From: Pyrodictiaceae archaeon
Lineage (GTDB): Archaea > Thermoproteota > Thermoprotei_A > Sulfolobales > Pyrodictiaceae
DNA length: 64,000 nucleotides
Direction of reading: 5' to 3'
Assembly (NCBI GenBank): GCA_027036135.1
Contig: JALVSY010000030.1
Span: forward strand, 64,001 to 128,000
The position numbers and the translations under genes are program-made. The notes beneath the pieces were generated by a model that ran no database searches, had not been told where the DNA came from, and worked only from the letters and a program-made list of their open reading frames with translations. Positions 38,855 to 49,753 of the stretch are shown one piece after another (the stretch's first letter is position 1; each line of letters begins with the position of its first letter).

Positions 38855-39972
38855 GCTTGTTCTAGTGCTTCTTTTACTATCTCCTCCTCTGCTGGATATG
38901 CATGCATGTTTCTGAGCGGCACATAGACCTCTAGCTCTGAGCCTATTAGTGGCTCTTTCTCGTCACTTGGAAGGTCTAGTAGTATGTCTTTCTCGAGACC
39001 TGGAATGGCTAAGCGCACTTCTATGAATGAGCCTATGTACATCGATACTGATACTGTTCCGCGGAGCACGGTGTAGTCGCCTGGGCTGTGGGGCTGCCTC
39101 GTTGTAGCGCCCTCTGCCTTTACTACTAGTGCTGCTGTGTCCCCTTTGCCTAGGCCATGGTTGATTGCCTTGACTTGTATCTCGCCTAGCTGTATCACTG
39201 CCGTCCGATCCTCGGTGTCAACTACTTTTCCTAGTACCAGCGTTGTTCTCCCGAGGAACATTGCTGTGAAGAGCTTTGAGGGATTGCTGTAGAGCTGCTC
39301 CGGGCTACCCACTTCCTCTACTATACCGTTTCTCATAACCGCTATGCGGTCTGCTAGGCTCATCGCCTCCTCCTGGTCATGCGTCACGTATATCATTGTT
39401 ATGCCGAGTTTTCTCTGGAGCTTGCGGAGCTCGCCTCTTAGTCTCAGCCTTAGCTTTGCATCAAGGTTGCTAAGGGGCTCGTCGAGTAAGAGGACACGTG
39501 GCTGCACGACAAGCGCTCGGGCAAGCGCTACTCTCTGCTGTTGCCCGCCGCTAAGCTGGCCGGGATATCTCTTCTCCATTCCGCGGAGGCCTAGGAGATC
39601 TAGAGCCCATTTCACTCGCTTATCTATCTCTTCGCGTGGAAGTTTGCGGAGCCGGAGGCCAAAGGCTATGTTCTCGTAGACAGTCATGTGGGGCCATAGC
39701 GCCCAGTTCTGGAAAACCATTACAGTACCGCGCTTATCCGGCGGTAGCTCGGTTACATCGCGTCCCTCGAACACTATCCTGCCGGAGTCCGGTACCTCGA
39801 AGCCAGCTATGATTCGGAGAAGCGTTGTCTTACCGCACCCGCTTGGCCCTAGTATGGCGAATAACTCACCCTTCTCTATGGACAAGGATACTCCCCGTAG
39901 CGCGACTGTCTTACCGAAGCGCTTAACCACGTCCTCTACCTGGATGAAGCCCAAGCCAAGACCACCCCACAC
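38851..39972 (-). CDS. ABC transporter ATPase (FbpC/PotA-like)
   Basis: GPSGCGKT, LSGGQQQR, LLLDEP, VTHD. Confidence 0.95.
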   Translation of the reverse strand: MWGGLGLGFIQVEDVVKRFGKTVALRGVSLSIEKGELFAILGPSGCGKTTLLRIIAGFEVPDSGRIVFEGRDVTELPPDKRGTVMVFQNWALWPHMTVYENIAFGLRLRKLPREEIDKRVKWALDLLGLRGMEKRYPGQLSGGQQQRVALARALVVQPRVLLLDEPLSNLDAKLRLRLRGELRKLQRKLGITMIYVTHDQEEAMSLADRIAVMRNGIVEEVGSPEQLYSNPSKLFTAMFLGRTTLVLGKVVDTEDRTAVIQLGEIQVKAINHGLGKGDTAALVVKAEGATTRQPHSPGDYTVLRGTVSVSMYIGSFIEVRLAIPGLEKDILLDLPSDEKEPLIGSELEVYVPLRNMHAYPAEEEIVKEALEQA

Positions 39973-39980
39973 ATACGAGC

Positions 39981-40650
39981 CTAGAGGGTTATGAGGGCTT
40001 GCCCCCTCCTCGCGAGGCGAGATGCTATAGCGATCACCGCGACCTCCGTCACCATTAGTAACGCTGCCAGGGCTGCTGCTCTCGCCTGTGGCTGCGTACC
40101 ACCAGTGACCGATGGCAGTGTGAATATCTCGGCTATAGCATAGGTTATTGGCACTGCATGTGTGCTTGGATTAGCTATTGGACCTCCCTTGAGAGCACCT
40201 ATAGTGACGCTTACGCTTACCTCGCTTAGTATGTATATGGGGCCCGGCAGCAGCACCGCCACTACGCAGTACCATACTAGGGGGAGCACTATTCGCCTTA
40301 TTACACGAGCCCTCCTCGCCCCTAGGCTTCGCGTTGCCTCCTCTAGCTCCTCCGGCGTCTGAATAACTGATGTGAACACTAAGCGCACGGTGAACAGCAT
40401 CTTCCTGATAATGTAGGCGAGTACGAGCACGTGTCCAGGGTTTAGGAACGGGTCAAAGAACCCGTAGAGGCTGTACTTAGAGAAGAATACGAAGTAGCTG
40501 AACGCTACAACCAGGCCAGGCATCGCCAACGGGAGAGAAGCCAAATATATCTAATAGCCCTGCCCCAGAGAGCCTTGCCCTAGCTATGGCCTAACCCGTC
40601 ATAAAGCCGAGTATCGCGGCGAAGATTGTTGTCTCTCCGAGATAGGTAAT
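39981..40650 (-). pseudogene. truncated Fe3+/thiamine-type ABC permease (C-terminal part)
   Basis: PLAMPG.V and EEA.RSLGA loop; degraded upstream remnant to about 40650. Confidence 0.75.
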
Positions 40651-40654
40651 AGGT

Positions 40655-41215
40655 AGGCAAGTAGTACTTAACTTCAAGATAACTGACGATGCTTGGGGCA
40701 TAGAGAAGATAACAGCCACGCTAGAATACAATGGCAAGAGGATGACACTCATACCAACATACACCTACGGAATAGCCCGTATAGTCATCCCGCCAACAGT
40801 CAAGACTAAGGAGGCAAAGCTAACAATAATGGCCATTGACGCCTCCGGGAAAGAGACCACAAAAACCATAGAGATAAAGTTCCAGCAGCTACAAACAACC
40901 ACTATAAAGCCATCCACGACAACAACCGGGATAACAAGCACGACAAGCACAACCTCGTTAGAACAACAAGTAGCACAAACCACAACAACCAAAAAGGCAA
41001 CCACAACAAGTGCAACAACAACAACAACTGCTCAGACCACGATGACAGCCCCAACAACTGCCAGCTCAACGAGCACAGCAAGTTACTCGCAACCAAGCAC
41101 ACAGCAAACAACGACAACAAAAACAAGTACAGGCAACACTACAACATTGGTAGTAGTAGCGGTAGTTATTCTCGCACTAGTAGCCTTCGCAGTAATAGTC
41201 GCAAAAGGCCGTTAA
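40655..41215 (+). pseudogene. C-terminal fragment of a Thr-rich, membrane-anchored surface protein
   Basis: Frame open from about 40655 without a start or signal peptide; Thr-rich linker, TM helix, KGR end. Confidence 0.7.
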
Positions 41216-41724
41216 CAAAGATTAATAACGTAACGAGTATCCCTAGCCTCTATGTGCTTTTTTATTATAAACTCGCTTGTTGAATGAAGCTCAACAACAT
41301 TGGGGACTTTGAGCTTTTCCTTTGCATTACCGCCAAGAATCTCGGAGAGAAAATCGATAACGATTTTCTCGAACGCCTTCTCCAGGTTCTCCACTTCTTC
41401 CTGGGACAGAGGCGGGCAATCGACCGCTAGGTCTATGTCCTTGTCGCCTAGGCCTCCGCTTGGCTCACCACCGTGCATCTCCAAGAGATAGACATGGCAA
41501 CCCTGCGGACAGAGACAAGAAGCTATGCTACGTGCAATTATGTACTTGGCCTTTTGCCACTCGAAACTAGTCCACGGAGGATCAACGCGCATGTTCATAA
41601 GCATATTTAACAGATACCCAATCTCCTTTCTATTATTTTCTAACTTTTCCTTAAGGCATTGAACAGCGTCGCTGGCTAGCAATGATTCTTCTCCAAGAAA
41701 TGGCCGCACAAAGGGGGTTTTCAA
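41212..41724 (-). CDS. hypothetical protein, nucleotidyltransferase-like fold
   Basis: VYLLE...GDKDIDL...VVELH; paralog of the next gene. Confidence 0.6.
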   Translation of the reverse strand: MKTPFVRPFLGEESLLASDAVQCLKEKLENNRKEIGYLLNMLMNMRVDPPWTSFEWQKAKYIIARSIASCLCPQGCHVYLLEMHGGEPSGGLGDKDIDLAVDCPPLSQEEVENLEKAFEKIVIDFLSEILGGNAKEKLKVPNVVELHSTSEFIIKKHIEARDTRYVINLC

Positions 41725-41784
41725 ACTATTCTGTGACTAGTTTATAGGAAGCTGAGAGAGCAGAGGATTCTATGCATATTAGAG

Positions 41785-42252
41785 TTAAGGGTATAGTTTT
41801 ATTGCCCGTACGCTACGAGGTAGTTTCTTAGAGCCATAAAGCCCACCTATGCTTGTGTGTACCTCAAAAACCGACGGCGCGTTGGTGTAGGACTTTATAT
41901 CGACTCTTGCTAGCTCTGTTAGCTTTGTCAGCATTGCCTCTATTGTTTCCTCGAGTTCTTGTGGATCGAGCTTATCGGCCTTGTTCTCGTCAAGTACTAT
42001 GTAAAGGTCTATGTCTCGGCCTATGTCCGAGTCTGATAGCTCGATATAGTAGACTTCTTGCACTATGTCGCCCAGGAGTTCTTTAATGCAATGCGCTGCT
42101 ACTGACGCTACTCTTCTCTTGAACATCGCCCATTGCATTAGGTATAGGTCGTTGAATGACTCCTCTGATGGCGTGTATTTCTTTACATCGGTTAGTATTT
42201 CTAGGCATTTCTTTATCTTTTCATCACATATACCGTATGTCATGGCTCCCAC
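41785..42252 (-). CDS. hypothetical protein, nucleotidyltransferase-like fold
   Basis: VYYIE...GRDIDL...VFEVH. Confidence 0.6.
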   Translation of the reverse strand: MGAMTYGICDEKIKKCLEILTDVKKYTPSEESFNDLYLMQWAMFKRRVASVAAHCIKELLGDIVQEVYYIELSDSDIGRDIDLYIVLDENKADKLDPQELEETIEAMLTKLTELARVDIKSYTNAPSVFEVHTSIGGLYGSKKLPRSVRAIKLYP

Positions 42253-42406
42253 GCTTGTATACCTTTGTTACTTTTTCTAGAGTGCTTTTGTACATGTACG
42301 AGGGTATATAAGACTTTTCTTCTAGGCTGGTGCGCAACTTCTCCTCGAAACAGATACTGTTTCTGCAACAGGGGATAAATCTTTTGCAGAGAGACGAGGC
42401 CTCTGC

Positions 42407-43351
42407 ATGATAACAGGGAGGACCAGGGCTCCTGGAGAACAAGCCATGGTACTCATAGCGCTTACATACAAGAAGCTCGTTGATAGAGACTTCAAGATAC
42501 TCGGTATAATTGAGCGAGAGATGACCAGATACGAGTACGTACCAATAGAGGTTATAGAGCGCAGAGCAAGAATGCCATCAACACACGTAGCGATGATTCT
42601 CCGTAAGCTTAACATGCTTAAGCTTGTTAAGAGGAGGCTAGGCGAGTACGTAGGCTATAGGCTAACCTACCTAGGACTCGACATGCTTGCTCTGCGCTCC
42701 CTCGTAGAGAGAGGGATACTTCATGCACTAGGCGACAGGCTAGGCGTAGGGAAGGAGAGCGATGTCTACTCCGGACTCACCCCGGGCGGTGAACGAGTTA
42801 TTGTGAAGTTTCACAGAGTTGGGCGAACAAGCTTCCAGCGAGTCGCGAGGGTAAGGCACTATGCAGCAGCAAAGCCCTATGCATCTTGGTACGAGCTAGC
42901 AAAAATAGCGGGACAGCGAGAGCACCGCGCACTAGAGGAACTTTACCGAGTAGGGGCACTTGTCCCACGCCCACTAGGGTATAGTAGGCACGTAGTGGTG
43001 ACAGAGTTCATTGAGGGAGTTGAGCTCTACTTATACGAGAACGCTGCCGATCCAGAGAAAATGTTAAGAGATATTCTCGTCACGCTTCGGAAAGCCTACC
43101 TTAAGGTAGGAATAGTACATGGGGATCTAAGCGAATATAACGTCCTCGTAGCGATAAGCGGGGAGGAGGAAAAACCCTATATCATTGACTGGCCACAATA
43201 CGTTGAACGAGAGCACCCAGCCGCTGATCAGCTATTGCGGCGAGACGTGGAATACATAGTGAAGTTCTTTAGAAAGAAATACAGAGTAGACATAGATGCT
43301 GAGAAGGCCTTGAAGTTTGTACGCGGCGAACTAGAGGAACCTTTTAGATAG
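42407..43351 (+). CDS. rio2: RIO2-type Ser/Thr kinase
   Basis: N-terminal wHTH GYRLTY.G.D; GVGKESDVY, KFHR.GRTSF, HGDLSEYN, IDWPQ. Confidence 0.95.
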   Translation: MITGRTRAPGEQAMVLIALTYKKLVDRDFKILGIIEREMTRYEYVPIEVIERRARMPSTHVAMILRKLNMLKLVKRRLGEYVGYRLTYLGLDMLALRSLVERGILHALGDRLGVGKESDVYSGLTPGGERVIVKFHRVGRTSFQRVARVRHYAAAKPYASWYELAKIAGQREHRALEELYRVGALVPRPLGYSRHVVVTEFIEGVELYLYENAADPEKMLRDILVTLRKAYLKVGIVHGDLSEYNVLVAISGEEEKPYIIDWPQYVEREHPAADQLLRRDVEYIVKFFRKKYRVDIDAEKALKFVRGELEEPFR

Positions 43352-43455
43352 TATCTGATGCGCAGAACTTTTTAAGTGCTTGTTTAGAGAGTGGTACTCG
43401 TTAGATAAATGACTGTACATACACTTGTTTCACTTAAGAACCGTAGTATTCAAAA

Positions 43456-43857
43456 ATGTGTTCCTTTTCCTATCTGGGAAGTGGGAGAGCAAACTTGTCC
43501 TCAGCAGTTACTAACGAGACTCAGAAGCCTACCGAGGTAACAAGGGAGGGTATAATAGAGAAAGATGGTATTCTTATTGTTTCGGGAGAGGAATACATAT
43601 ACCGCGTTTGCAGCGCCTTAGCTAGCCCTACGCGAATAAGGATACTAATAGAGCTACTGAAGCGTGAGGCCGATGTAGGCGAGATAGCTGACATGATTAA
43701 GCAGAGTAAGGCGAATGCATCGACACAAGTGCGTAGGCTTGAGGAGATAGGGCTTGTTAGATCAGAGTACCGGCCAGGAGTACGAGGCGTTAGAAAGGTA
43801 GTTAAGACCGCTGTTCGCGAAATAAGGATAGTCCTTGCACCGCCTAAGGAAGAGTAA
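43456..43857 (+). CDS. ArsR-family HTH regulator
   Basis: ALASPTRIRIL, SKANAS.....LE..GLV, PG.RG. Confidence 0.88.
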   Translation: MCSFSYLGSGRANLSSAVTNETQKPTEVTREGIIEKDGILIVSGEEYIYRVCSALASPTRIRILIELLKREADVGEIADMIKQSKANASTQVRRLEEIGLVRSEYRPGVRGVRKVVKTAVREIRIVLAPPKEE

Positions 43858-43956
43858 CTAGAGCCGGAACCAGCAATGGCCTAAATTCCACCTAGGCCTC
43901 AACGTCTATAATGGTTTTTGGTAGTGATGACTAAAGCAAGGTCTTTCTAGGAGAAC

Positions 43957-44556
43957 CTAAACGGTTTCTGGCCTGGCTTGTTTTTCGCAGCTCTTTAGCT
44001 TGGCTCGTTCCAGGGTTTTTAGGAATTGTTTTAGATCGGAGTCGCTATAGGCTATAAATATTATCTTCTTGGCTCCATTCTTGCTACTTGCTAGGTGTTC
44101 GTCGAGTGCCTCTAGCATTGCCTCTAGGCTCTCGCTGGCCGAGAGTCCACCAACGCCTGCCCCGAGGGCGGGAAAGGTTATACACTCAACCCCTTGACGA
44201 GCAGCTTCCTCGAGAGCAGCCTTTGTCGCCTTTACTACTTTGCTCTTAGTGGTTCTCATTGCTGGTCTCTCCATGGTTGGAGCATGTATTATAAATTTGA
44301 TCCGTGGCGCCAGTTTTCCCGCCGAAGTGGTTATAGCTTTGCCAACAGGTACAGGAGCTTTGTGCCTAGCCTCAGCCTCAACTTCTTCTCCCGCTGCTCT
44401 ACGGAGAGCCCCGGCAACACCACCCCCCATTATCATGAGGCTATTAGCAGGATTTACAACGGCGTCACACTCAACAAGCGTTATATCACCCTTAGCAATA
44501 GCTATAACTCTATTACCGCACTCCATCTCCTTAACTATCTCAATCGAGGCCACCAC
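43957..44556 (-). CDS. macro domain ADP-ribose-binding protein / hydrolase
   Basis: GDIT, VNPANS..MGGGVAGA, IHAPTM, PALGAGVGG. Confidence 0.93.
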   Translation of the reverse strand: MVASIEIVKEMECGNRVIAIAKGDITLVECDAVVNPANSLMIMGGGVAGALRRAAGEEVEAEARHKAPVPVGKAITTSAGKLAPRIKFIIHAPTMERPAMRTTKSKVVKATKAALEEAARQGVECITFPALGAGVGGLSASESLEAMLEALDEHLASSKNGAKKIIFIAYSDSDLKQFLKTLERAKLKSCEKQARPETV

Positions 44557-44685
44557 CTCTCACCCTAATAAGAAGAGGCAGCGACTCATATAAAAAGCCG
44601 AGACCGAGACCCGGGAGACCGTAAAGCATTTACCCCTTACCCCTCATATCGATTTAGTTACATACCTGGAGTCCTTTGGAGGGGC

Positions 44686-44763
44686 GGGCCCGTCGTCTAG
44701 CCTGGTTAGGACGCCGCCCTTACACGGCGGAGGTCCGGGGTTCAAATCCCCGCGGGCCCACCA
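44686..44763 (+). tRNA. tRNA-Val(TAC)
   Basis: Cloverleaf, anticodon loop CT-TAC-AC, CCA encoded. Confidence 0.96.
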
Positions 44764-44855
44764 TTTCCTCCACAAGCTTCTCCTTTAATTTCCCATCACT
44801 AGAGACTAGCAGGCCTCGGATCATTGCTGATCTTTACGAGTTTGATGCGCTGGCT

Positions 44856-45641
44856 CTAGCTGACCTTCCTGGCTATTTCTAGTAGTGGTAGTTTTTCTCT
44901 TACTTCTTTGAGATAGGCTTCTTCTATGAAGGCTTCTCCGTATCTCTCTCCTGAGCCTAGGTCTAGGCGTATTGCACCAAAGGGGTCTACTACTATGCTT
45001 CTACCAGTGAACCTTACGCCCCACTGAGAGGCTATTGCTAGGTATATAGTGTTCTCTATTGCTCTTGATCTCGCTGTTACTACTAGGTGGTCTTCTTTTA
45101 GGTGGCCCTCGAACCAGGCTGTTGGTACTGCTACTACCTCTGCTCCCTGAAGGGCTAGTTTCCGTACTAGTTCTGGGAAGCGTAGCTCGAAGCATATTAT
45201 TAGCCCTATTTTCGCGAATGGTAGGCCTAGGATAGGGGCTTCTTTTCTCCCGCTGCATAAGGTTTCTGACTCTTTTACCCCTAGGGCGTCGAAGAGTATT
45301 CTTTTCCTATAGACTATTCGTGAGTCTCCACCTGGGGTGGCGTATAGCGCTGAGCTATAGACGCAGTCTCCTTCGCGCTCTAGCATGCCGGCTAGTATAT
45401 AGACGCCATACTCCTCAGCTAGGGACTCTATTCCTCTCGTGAAGAAACCGCCATGCGTCTCCGCTCTCTCGAGAAACTCCTCGCGGCTAAGCCCGATCGG
45501 GTTTATGTTCGAGTACTCTGGGAGCAGTATAAGGTCAGCGTTCACGTTGTACCTTGCAAGCACATTCCTTATCCTATTGAGGCTTGAGGCGCTATCATGT
45601 CCCGCGCTGACTTGGAGTATTCCTAGGGTGAAGTCCTTCAA
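44856..45641 (-). CDS. carbon-nitrogen hydrolase (nitrilase family)
   Basis: LPEY, YRK, ICFELRFPE, RAIEN. Confidence 0.92.
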   Translation of the reverse strand: MKDFTLGILQVSAGHDSASSLNRIRNVLARYNVNADLILLPEYSNINPIGLSREEFLERAETHGGFFTRGIESLAEEYGVYILAGMLEREGDCVYSSALYATPGGDSRIVYRKRILFDALGVKESETLCSGRKEAPILGLPFAKIGLIICFELRFPELVRKLALQGAEVVAVPTAWFEGHLKEDHLVVTARSRAIENTIYLAIASQWGVRFTGRSIVVDPFGAIRLDLGSGERYGEAFIEEAYLKEVREKLPLLEIARKVS

Positions 45642-45755
45642 GGCTATCTATTCCACCGAGAAGTCTATAGAATGAGGAAGGTGCTACAAATTTATAGCCC
45701 AGTACTAGTGGGCTACGGAATGGCATCGCGAGTTCACGGTTTTTGAGGGGGTGTA

Positions 45756-46046
45756 TTGAGTACAATGGCTCAGCGCCAGCGTGTTAGGACAATAAGTCCC
45801 TTAAAGATGCTGCGCGACGCTATAGGCCGCGTAGTCCTGGTTAAGCTCAAGGACGGGAGCGAATACGTCGGTAAGCTCCATGCAACAGACTCTACGATGA
45901 ACCTTGTCCTTGACGAATGCATAGAGCTTAAGCCAGGAACTAACGAGCCCAAGGTAAAGTACGGGAGAGTGCTCATTAGGGGAAGCCACGTAGTGTACGT
46001 AAGCGTTGACTACGAGATAGTGGCACCAAGCCTACCAACCGCCTAG
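45756..46046 (+). CDS. Sm-like archaeal protein (SmAP/Lsm)
   Basis: V.LKDG..Y.G.L...D..MNLVL, IRGS. Confidence 0.93.
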   Translation: MSTMAQRQRVRTISPLKMLRDAIGRVVLVKLKDGSEYVGKLHATDSTMNLVLDECIELKPGTNEPKVKYGRVLIRGSHVVYVSVDYEIVAPSLPTA

Positions 46047-46222
46047 TGCACGGCTTATCATTTCTCTCACACAATGACTTGATTACTCCTTATGCGATAG
46101 TAATACGACTTCCTAGTGTCTACTCGATTATCCTTCGATCAGTATTACGAGCTACGTTAGACGCTTCTGAGAGAGGGTATTAATATCTTAAAAGCCTCCG
46201 GGATGACCCCCCCCTTAGACTG

Positions 46223-47464
46223 GTGAAATCAAAAGTGGCAAAGAACATAGTGGTCGAAACCGTAAAGTGGCAGCCGATAGAGGAGCAATACGTTGAGCTA
46301 GTTGAGCGCAAGGGCCTTGGCCACCCCGATACAATAGCTGACGCGACGGCAGAGGAGAGCAGTAGAGTACTATCAAAATACTATCTAGAGAAGTATGGCT
46401 CCATACTACACCATAACCTCGACAAGGTACTAGTGGTTGGCGGCCAAGCAGCACCGAGATTCGGCGGCGGCGACGTACTACAGCCTATCTATATAGTTGT
46501 CTCTGGGCGTGCAACAACAGAGGTTATTCACCGCGACGGCACGAGAGAAAAAATCCCCATCGGGCCCCTAGTACTACAAGCCGTGAAGAACTGGATTAAG
46601 AGAAACTTCCGCTTCCTTGACCCCGAGAAACACGTCATCGTTGATTACAAGATAGGGCATGGGAGCGCAGACCTAGTAGGCATATTCGAGCTTGGCAAGG
46701 CACAGGTGCCCCTAGCTAACGATACGAGTGTAGGAGTTGGCTTTGCCCCGATGACCACCCTTGAGAGACTAGTCTTTGAGACTGAGAGGCTGCTAAACAG
46801 CAGGGAGTTTAAAGAGAAGAACCCTGAGGTAGGAGAAGATATTAAGGTAATGGGGCTTCGTCGCGGAAAGAAGATAGAGTTGACAATAGCGGCTGCAATC
46901 ATATCTGGGCTTGTACAGGATATAGACCACTATCTATCTGTTAAAGATTCTATAAAAGAAGCTGTACTTGACTTAGCGTCAAGGATAGCCCCCGACTACG
47001 ACGTAAATGTCTATGTAAACACTGCTGATAAGCCGGATAAGGGCATAGTATACCTAACCGTTACTGGTACGAGCGCCGAGCACGGAGACGATGGCATGAC
47101 TGGTAGGGGTAACCGTGCATACGGGCTTATCACACCGCTGCGCCCCATGAGCCTAGAGGCCGCTGCTGGCAAGAACCCCGTAAACCATGTCGGCAAGATC
47201 TATAACATAATGGCTATAAGGGCTGCGAGACGTATATACGAGTCTGTGCCAGGTATACGCGAGGTTTACGTAAAACTACTCAGCCAAATAGGGAAGCCGC
47301 TAAATGAGCCACTCGTAGCCAATGTAAAAGTGTTACCGGAGAAGCCTGGCGAGCCACTATCGAGCAACGCTTTGCGGGAAATAGAGGCTATCGTCGCTGA
47401 GGAGCTTGACGGCTTCTCCAAGATAACCAGAGAGATAATAGAGTACAAAATAACAGTCTATTAG
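46223..47464 (+). CDS. mat: archaeal S-adenosylmethionine synthetase
   Basis: [46 protein letters not shown]. Confidence 0.96.
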   Translation: MKSKVAKNIVVETVKWQPIEEQYVELVERKGLGHPDTIADATAEESSRVLSKYYLEKYGSILHHNLDKVLVVGGQAAPRFGGGDVLQPIYIVVSGRATTEVIHRDGTREKIPIGPLVLQAVKNWIKRNFRFLDPEKHVIVDYKIGHGSADLVGIFELGKAQVPLANDTSVGVGFAPMTTLERLVFETERLLNSREFKEKNPEVGEDIKVMGLRRGKKIELTIAAAIISGLVQDIDHYLSVKDSIKEAVLDLASRIAPDYDVNVYVNTADKPDKGIVYLTVTGTSAEHGDDGMTGRGNRAYGLITPLRPMSLEAAAGKNPVNHVGKIYNIMAIRAARRIYESVPGIREVYVKLLSQIGKPLNEPLVANVKVLPEKPGEPLSSNALREIEAIVAEELDGFSKITREIIEYKITVY

Positions 47465-47487
47465 TAATGGGATGATGGAAATATGTG

Positions 47488-49557
47488 TTAGCTCATTGTT
47501 TCTTTTTCTCTTTTTCCTAAAAAGAGTTTAGCTCTCTTCGCTCTATACTCGCTTATCATTCTCTTAAACTCCTCAATACTTAGTTTTTGCTTCTTGCCCT
47601 CTTCTCTTCTCCTTCTGAGCTCAAGTAAACGCGTATAACCATCTGTTATAACTCTTTCCTCAACAAAAACCATGCTATCCACAGCCTCTATACGGTAAGA
47701 CTCCCTGGGTAACACCGGGATATCATAGCTCTCGATGCAGTTACGCTTCACAAGCTCGTTTCCGGGGACCAGTACAGCTATGAGTATCTTCCCTAGCTCC
47801 CTGCCATACCTTGCCCAGTTCACGGGGTTAATCCTATCAACTACTAGTACCATTCTGCCATACGTCTTGGCGGTTTCATTAATTATTTTGAGTTCTTCAC
47901 TCCCTATGTCGCTAAAGTAAAGCCCTGGTACCAGTTGCCCTGAGGCCACCTCTAGGATTATCCTCTCAAGAGAAACTATGGTTTCTTTTAGCTGTTTATT
48001 TTCCTCCCTTAGTTTCTCTAGCTCACTCCTGAGCACAGAGACCATGTTGGCTAACCGGTTTATCTCTCTATCACGCTCTACTTGGTCCCGGTACTCTAGT
48101 AGCACTATTCTATAGTCTTTCTCGAGTACTTCTAGTCTCTCTGTGAGTTCGCGGAGCCTTTGCTCAAGGAGCTTATTTTGTGCACGGAGTAGCTCTATTT
48201 CCTTGTGTAGTTTGTTGCTTATATCGCTCTGGTGCTTGTCCTCCTGGACCTGGTTGTTGTTCTTTCGGACACGCTTTATGAGGAAACTCTGTGGCTCTAT
48301 TCCGCTGAGAACCCTGTTTATGGCATTCTCTATGGCCTCCGCTATTGTTATTCCTTTCAGTACCTCTGCTTTGACGTGGTCGATGTCTAGCTCTATACCT
48401 ATCCGGGAAGCATACGACTCTACTTGGAGAAGCTTCGACTTATAAGTATTGTATGCACGCAGTGCTGCCGCAAGCGCATCACGGATATGTGAATCCAGTA
48501 TACGGCTTAGCCTCGGATACCTCTTGGCATACGACTCTACTAGCTCGCGTTTCTCTTCAACACTAAGGGAGACCGGCGGCTCGTAGAGAGGAACTCCGAG
48601 GCTTGCTGCGAGCTTTTTAACAAAGTCTGGCGCTGGCTTAACATCTGTAGCAACTAGTACTGGCGTACCGTGCTGCTGTATCCAGCTAATAACATCTCCC
48701 CTATCTAGGCCCCTCCTGCTTAGAGCCGCCACAAAGTTGCCATTGATATCGATTGCGGCTAACCCGGTAGAAATGCCAGGGTCAACACCGACTATGAGGT
48801 ATGGCGTCATGGTTTGTAATTGCTCTTCTTGCTTAGACTCAAAAACTATGTGACTACTATAGACGGGTTTAACCTCTACACGTATATCGTTGTCCTCGTA
48901 GGGCTTTACGATGCCATAAAGCTTGTTTCGCGGCGCATAGACTATGAAAGTCGCGCTATCCAGCCCGCCGCTGCTCTTGCGGAAAACTAGGTCATAGTCT
49001 AGCCTCTCGCGGTCAAGCCGGTGCTTTATCAGCCTCACAGCACGGAGAATAGCTGAGCGAACCTTTCGCTGAAACCTTGGATTACTTGATCCACCGTGTT
49101 TTACTCTACGAGATTTTGAGACAATTATGCGCGTCTTCTCCTCGACAAAGCGTACACGGGAACCATAGCCTCTTAGCGCAAGGACTGCAGCAATATATGC
49201 TGTCCGAGAGGGAGATAGCTTCCCGCCACCCGTCTCGATACCTGCTAGTCTAGCTAACGAGCGAATATCGACATACTCGCCAGTAGGTAGACGAGTAACT
49301 TGGACGATCTCGGTGCTCGGAGGGAGCATAGAAACAACCTTGACGAGTTCATGCTCATCGGATGCCAATTCATAGACATTATCAATGGCTATGATATCCG
49401 GCCTATACTCCCATACCAGGCGAATGACGCGGTGAAGAGGAATAGATTCATACTTGTCTACGAGTCTCTCGCCATCACCTAGTACAGCAACGGAGAAACA
49501 TGGGCGAGAACCCTTACAGCCAGGCTCAACATCCAGCCCCATGATTCGCAGCAACAA
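47488..49557 (-). CDS. DUF460 RNase H-like / coiled-coil protein
   Basis: AIDNVYEL, GG.S..RF.R, VGVDPG, H.RDALAAA, coiled coil. Confidence 0.88.
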   Translation of the reverse strand: MLLRIMGLDVEPGCKGSRPCFSVAVLGDGERLVDKYESIPLHRVIRLVWEYRPDIIAIDNVYELASDEHELVKVVSMLPPSTEIVQVTRLPTGEYVDIRSLARLAGIETGGGKLSPSRTAYIAAVLALRGYGSRVRFVEEKTRIIVSKSRRVKHGGSSNPRFQRKVRSAILRAVRLIKHRLDRERLDYDLVFRKSSGGLDSATFIVYAPRNKLYGIVKPYEDNDIRVEVKPVYSSHIVFESKQEEQLQTMTPYLIVGVDPGISTGLAAIDINGNFVAALSRRGLDRGDVISWIQQHGTPVLVATDVKPAPDFVKKLAASLGVPLYEPPVSLSVEEKRELVESYAKRYPRLSRILDSHIRDALAAALRAYNTYKSKLLQVESYASRIGIELDIDHVKAEVLKGITIAEAIENAINRVLSGIEPQSFLIKRVRKNNNQVQEDKHQSDISNKLHKEIELLRAQNKLLEQRLRELTERLEVLEKDYRIVLLEYRDQVERDREINRLANMVSVLRSELEKLREENKQLKETIVSLERIILEVASGQLVPGLYFSDIGSEELKIINETAKTYGRMVLVVDRINPVNWARYGRELGKILIAVLVPGNELVKRNCIESYDIPVLPRESYRIEAVDSMVFVEERVITDGYTRLLELRRRREEGKKQKLSIEEFKRMISEYRAKRAKLFLGKREKETMS

Positions 49558-49683
49558 TCACCCCAGGGAAACCAGACTAGGTATCAGCGCTTCCTTGCAC
49601 CTAGCTCCCTTTTCCATGTATGAGTGTAGAGAGATATCCTAATAGCTAGTCCCCTGGGTTTAAACACTTTTTACTAACACGGG

Positions 49684-49753
49684 GCCCCGCCAGTCTCACA
49701 CCCGCCGAGACCCGGCTACGGGGCTGTGAAGCGGGGCGGTCAGGCGGGGCACA
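49684..49753 (+). ncRNA. H/ACA pseudouridylation guide hairpin
   Basis: GCCCCGCC/GGCGGGGC lower stem, pocket, CCCGC/GCGGG upper stem, K-turn-like CGAGA/TGTGAA, ACA at 49751-49753; TTTAAA about 22 nt upstream. Confidence 0.88.

Noticed and set aside
40880-41145. ACA-rich low-complexity tract as a DNA repeat
   Set aside because: Explained by a Thr-rich protein linker
44676-44882. ORFs over tRNA genes (also 52881-53090, and 31567-31773 over the att copy)
   Set aside because: Explained by tRNA or att sequence; no integrase motifs recognised
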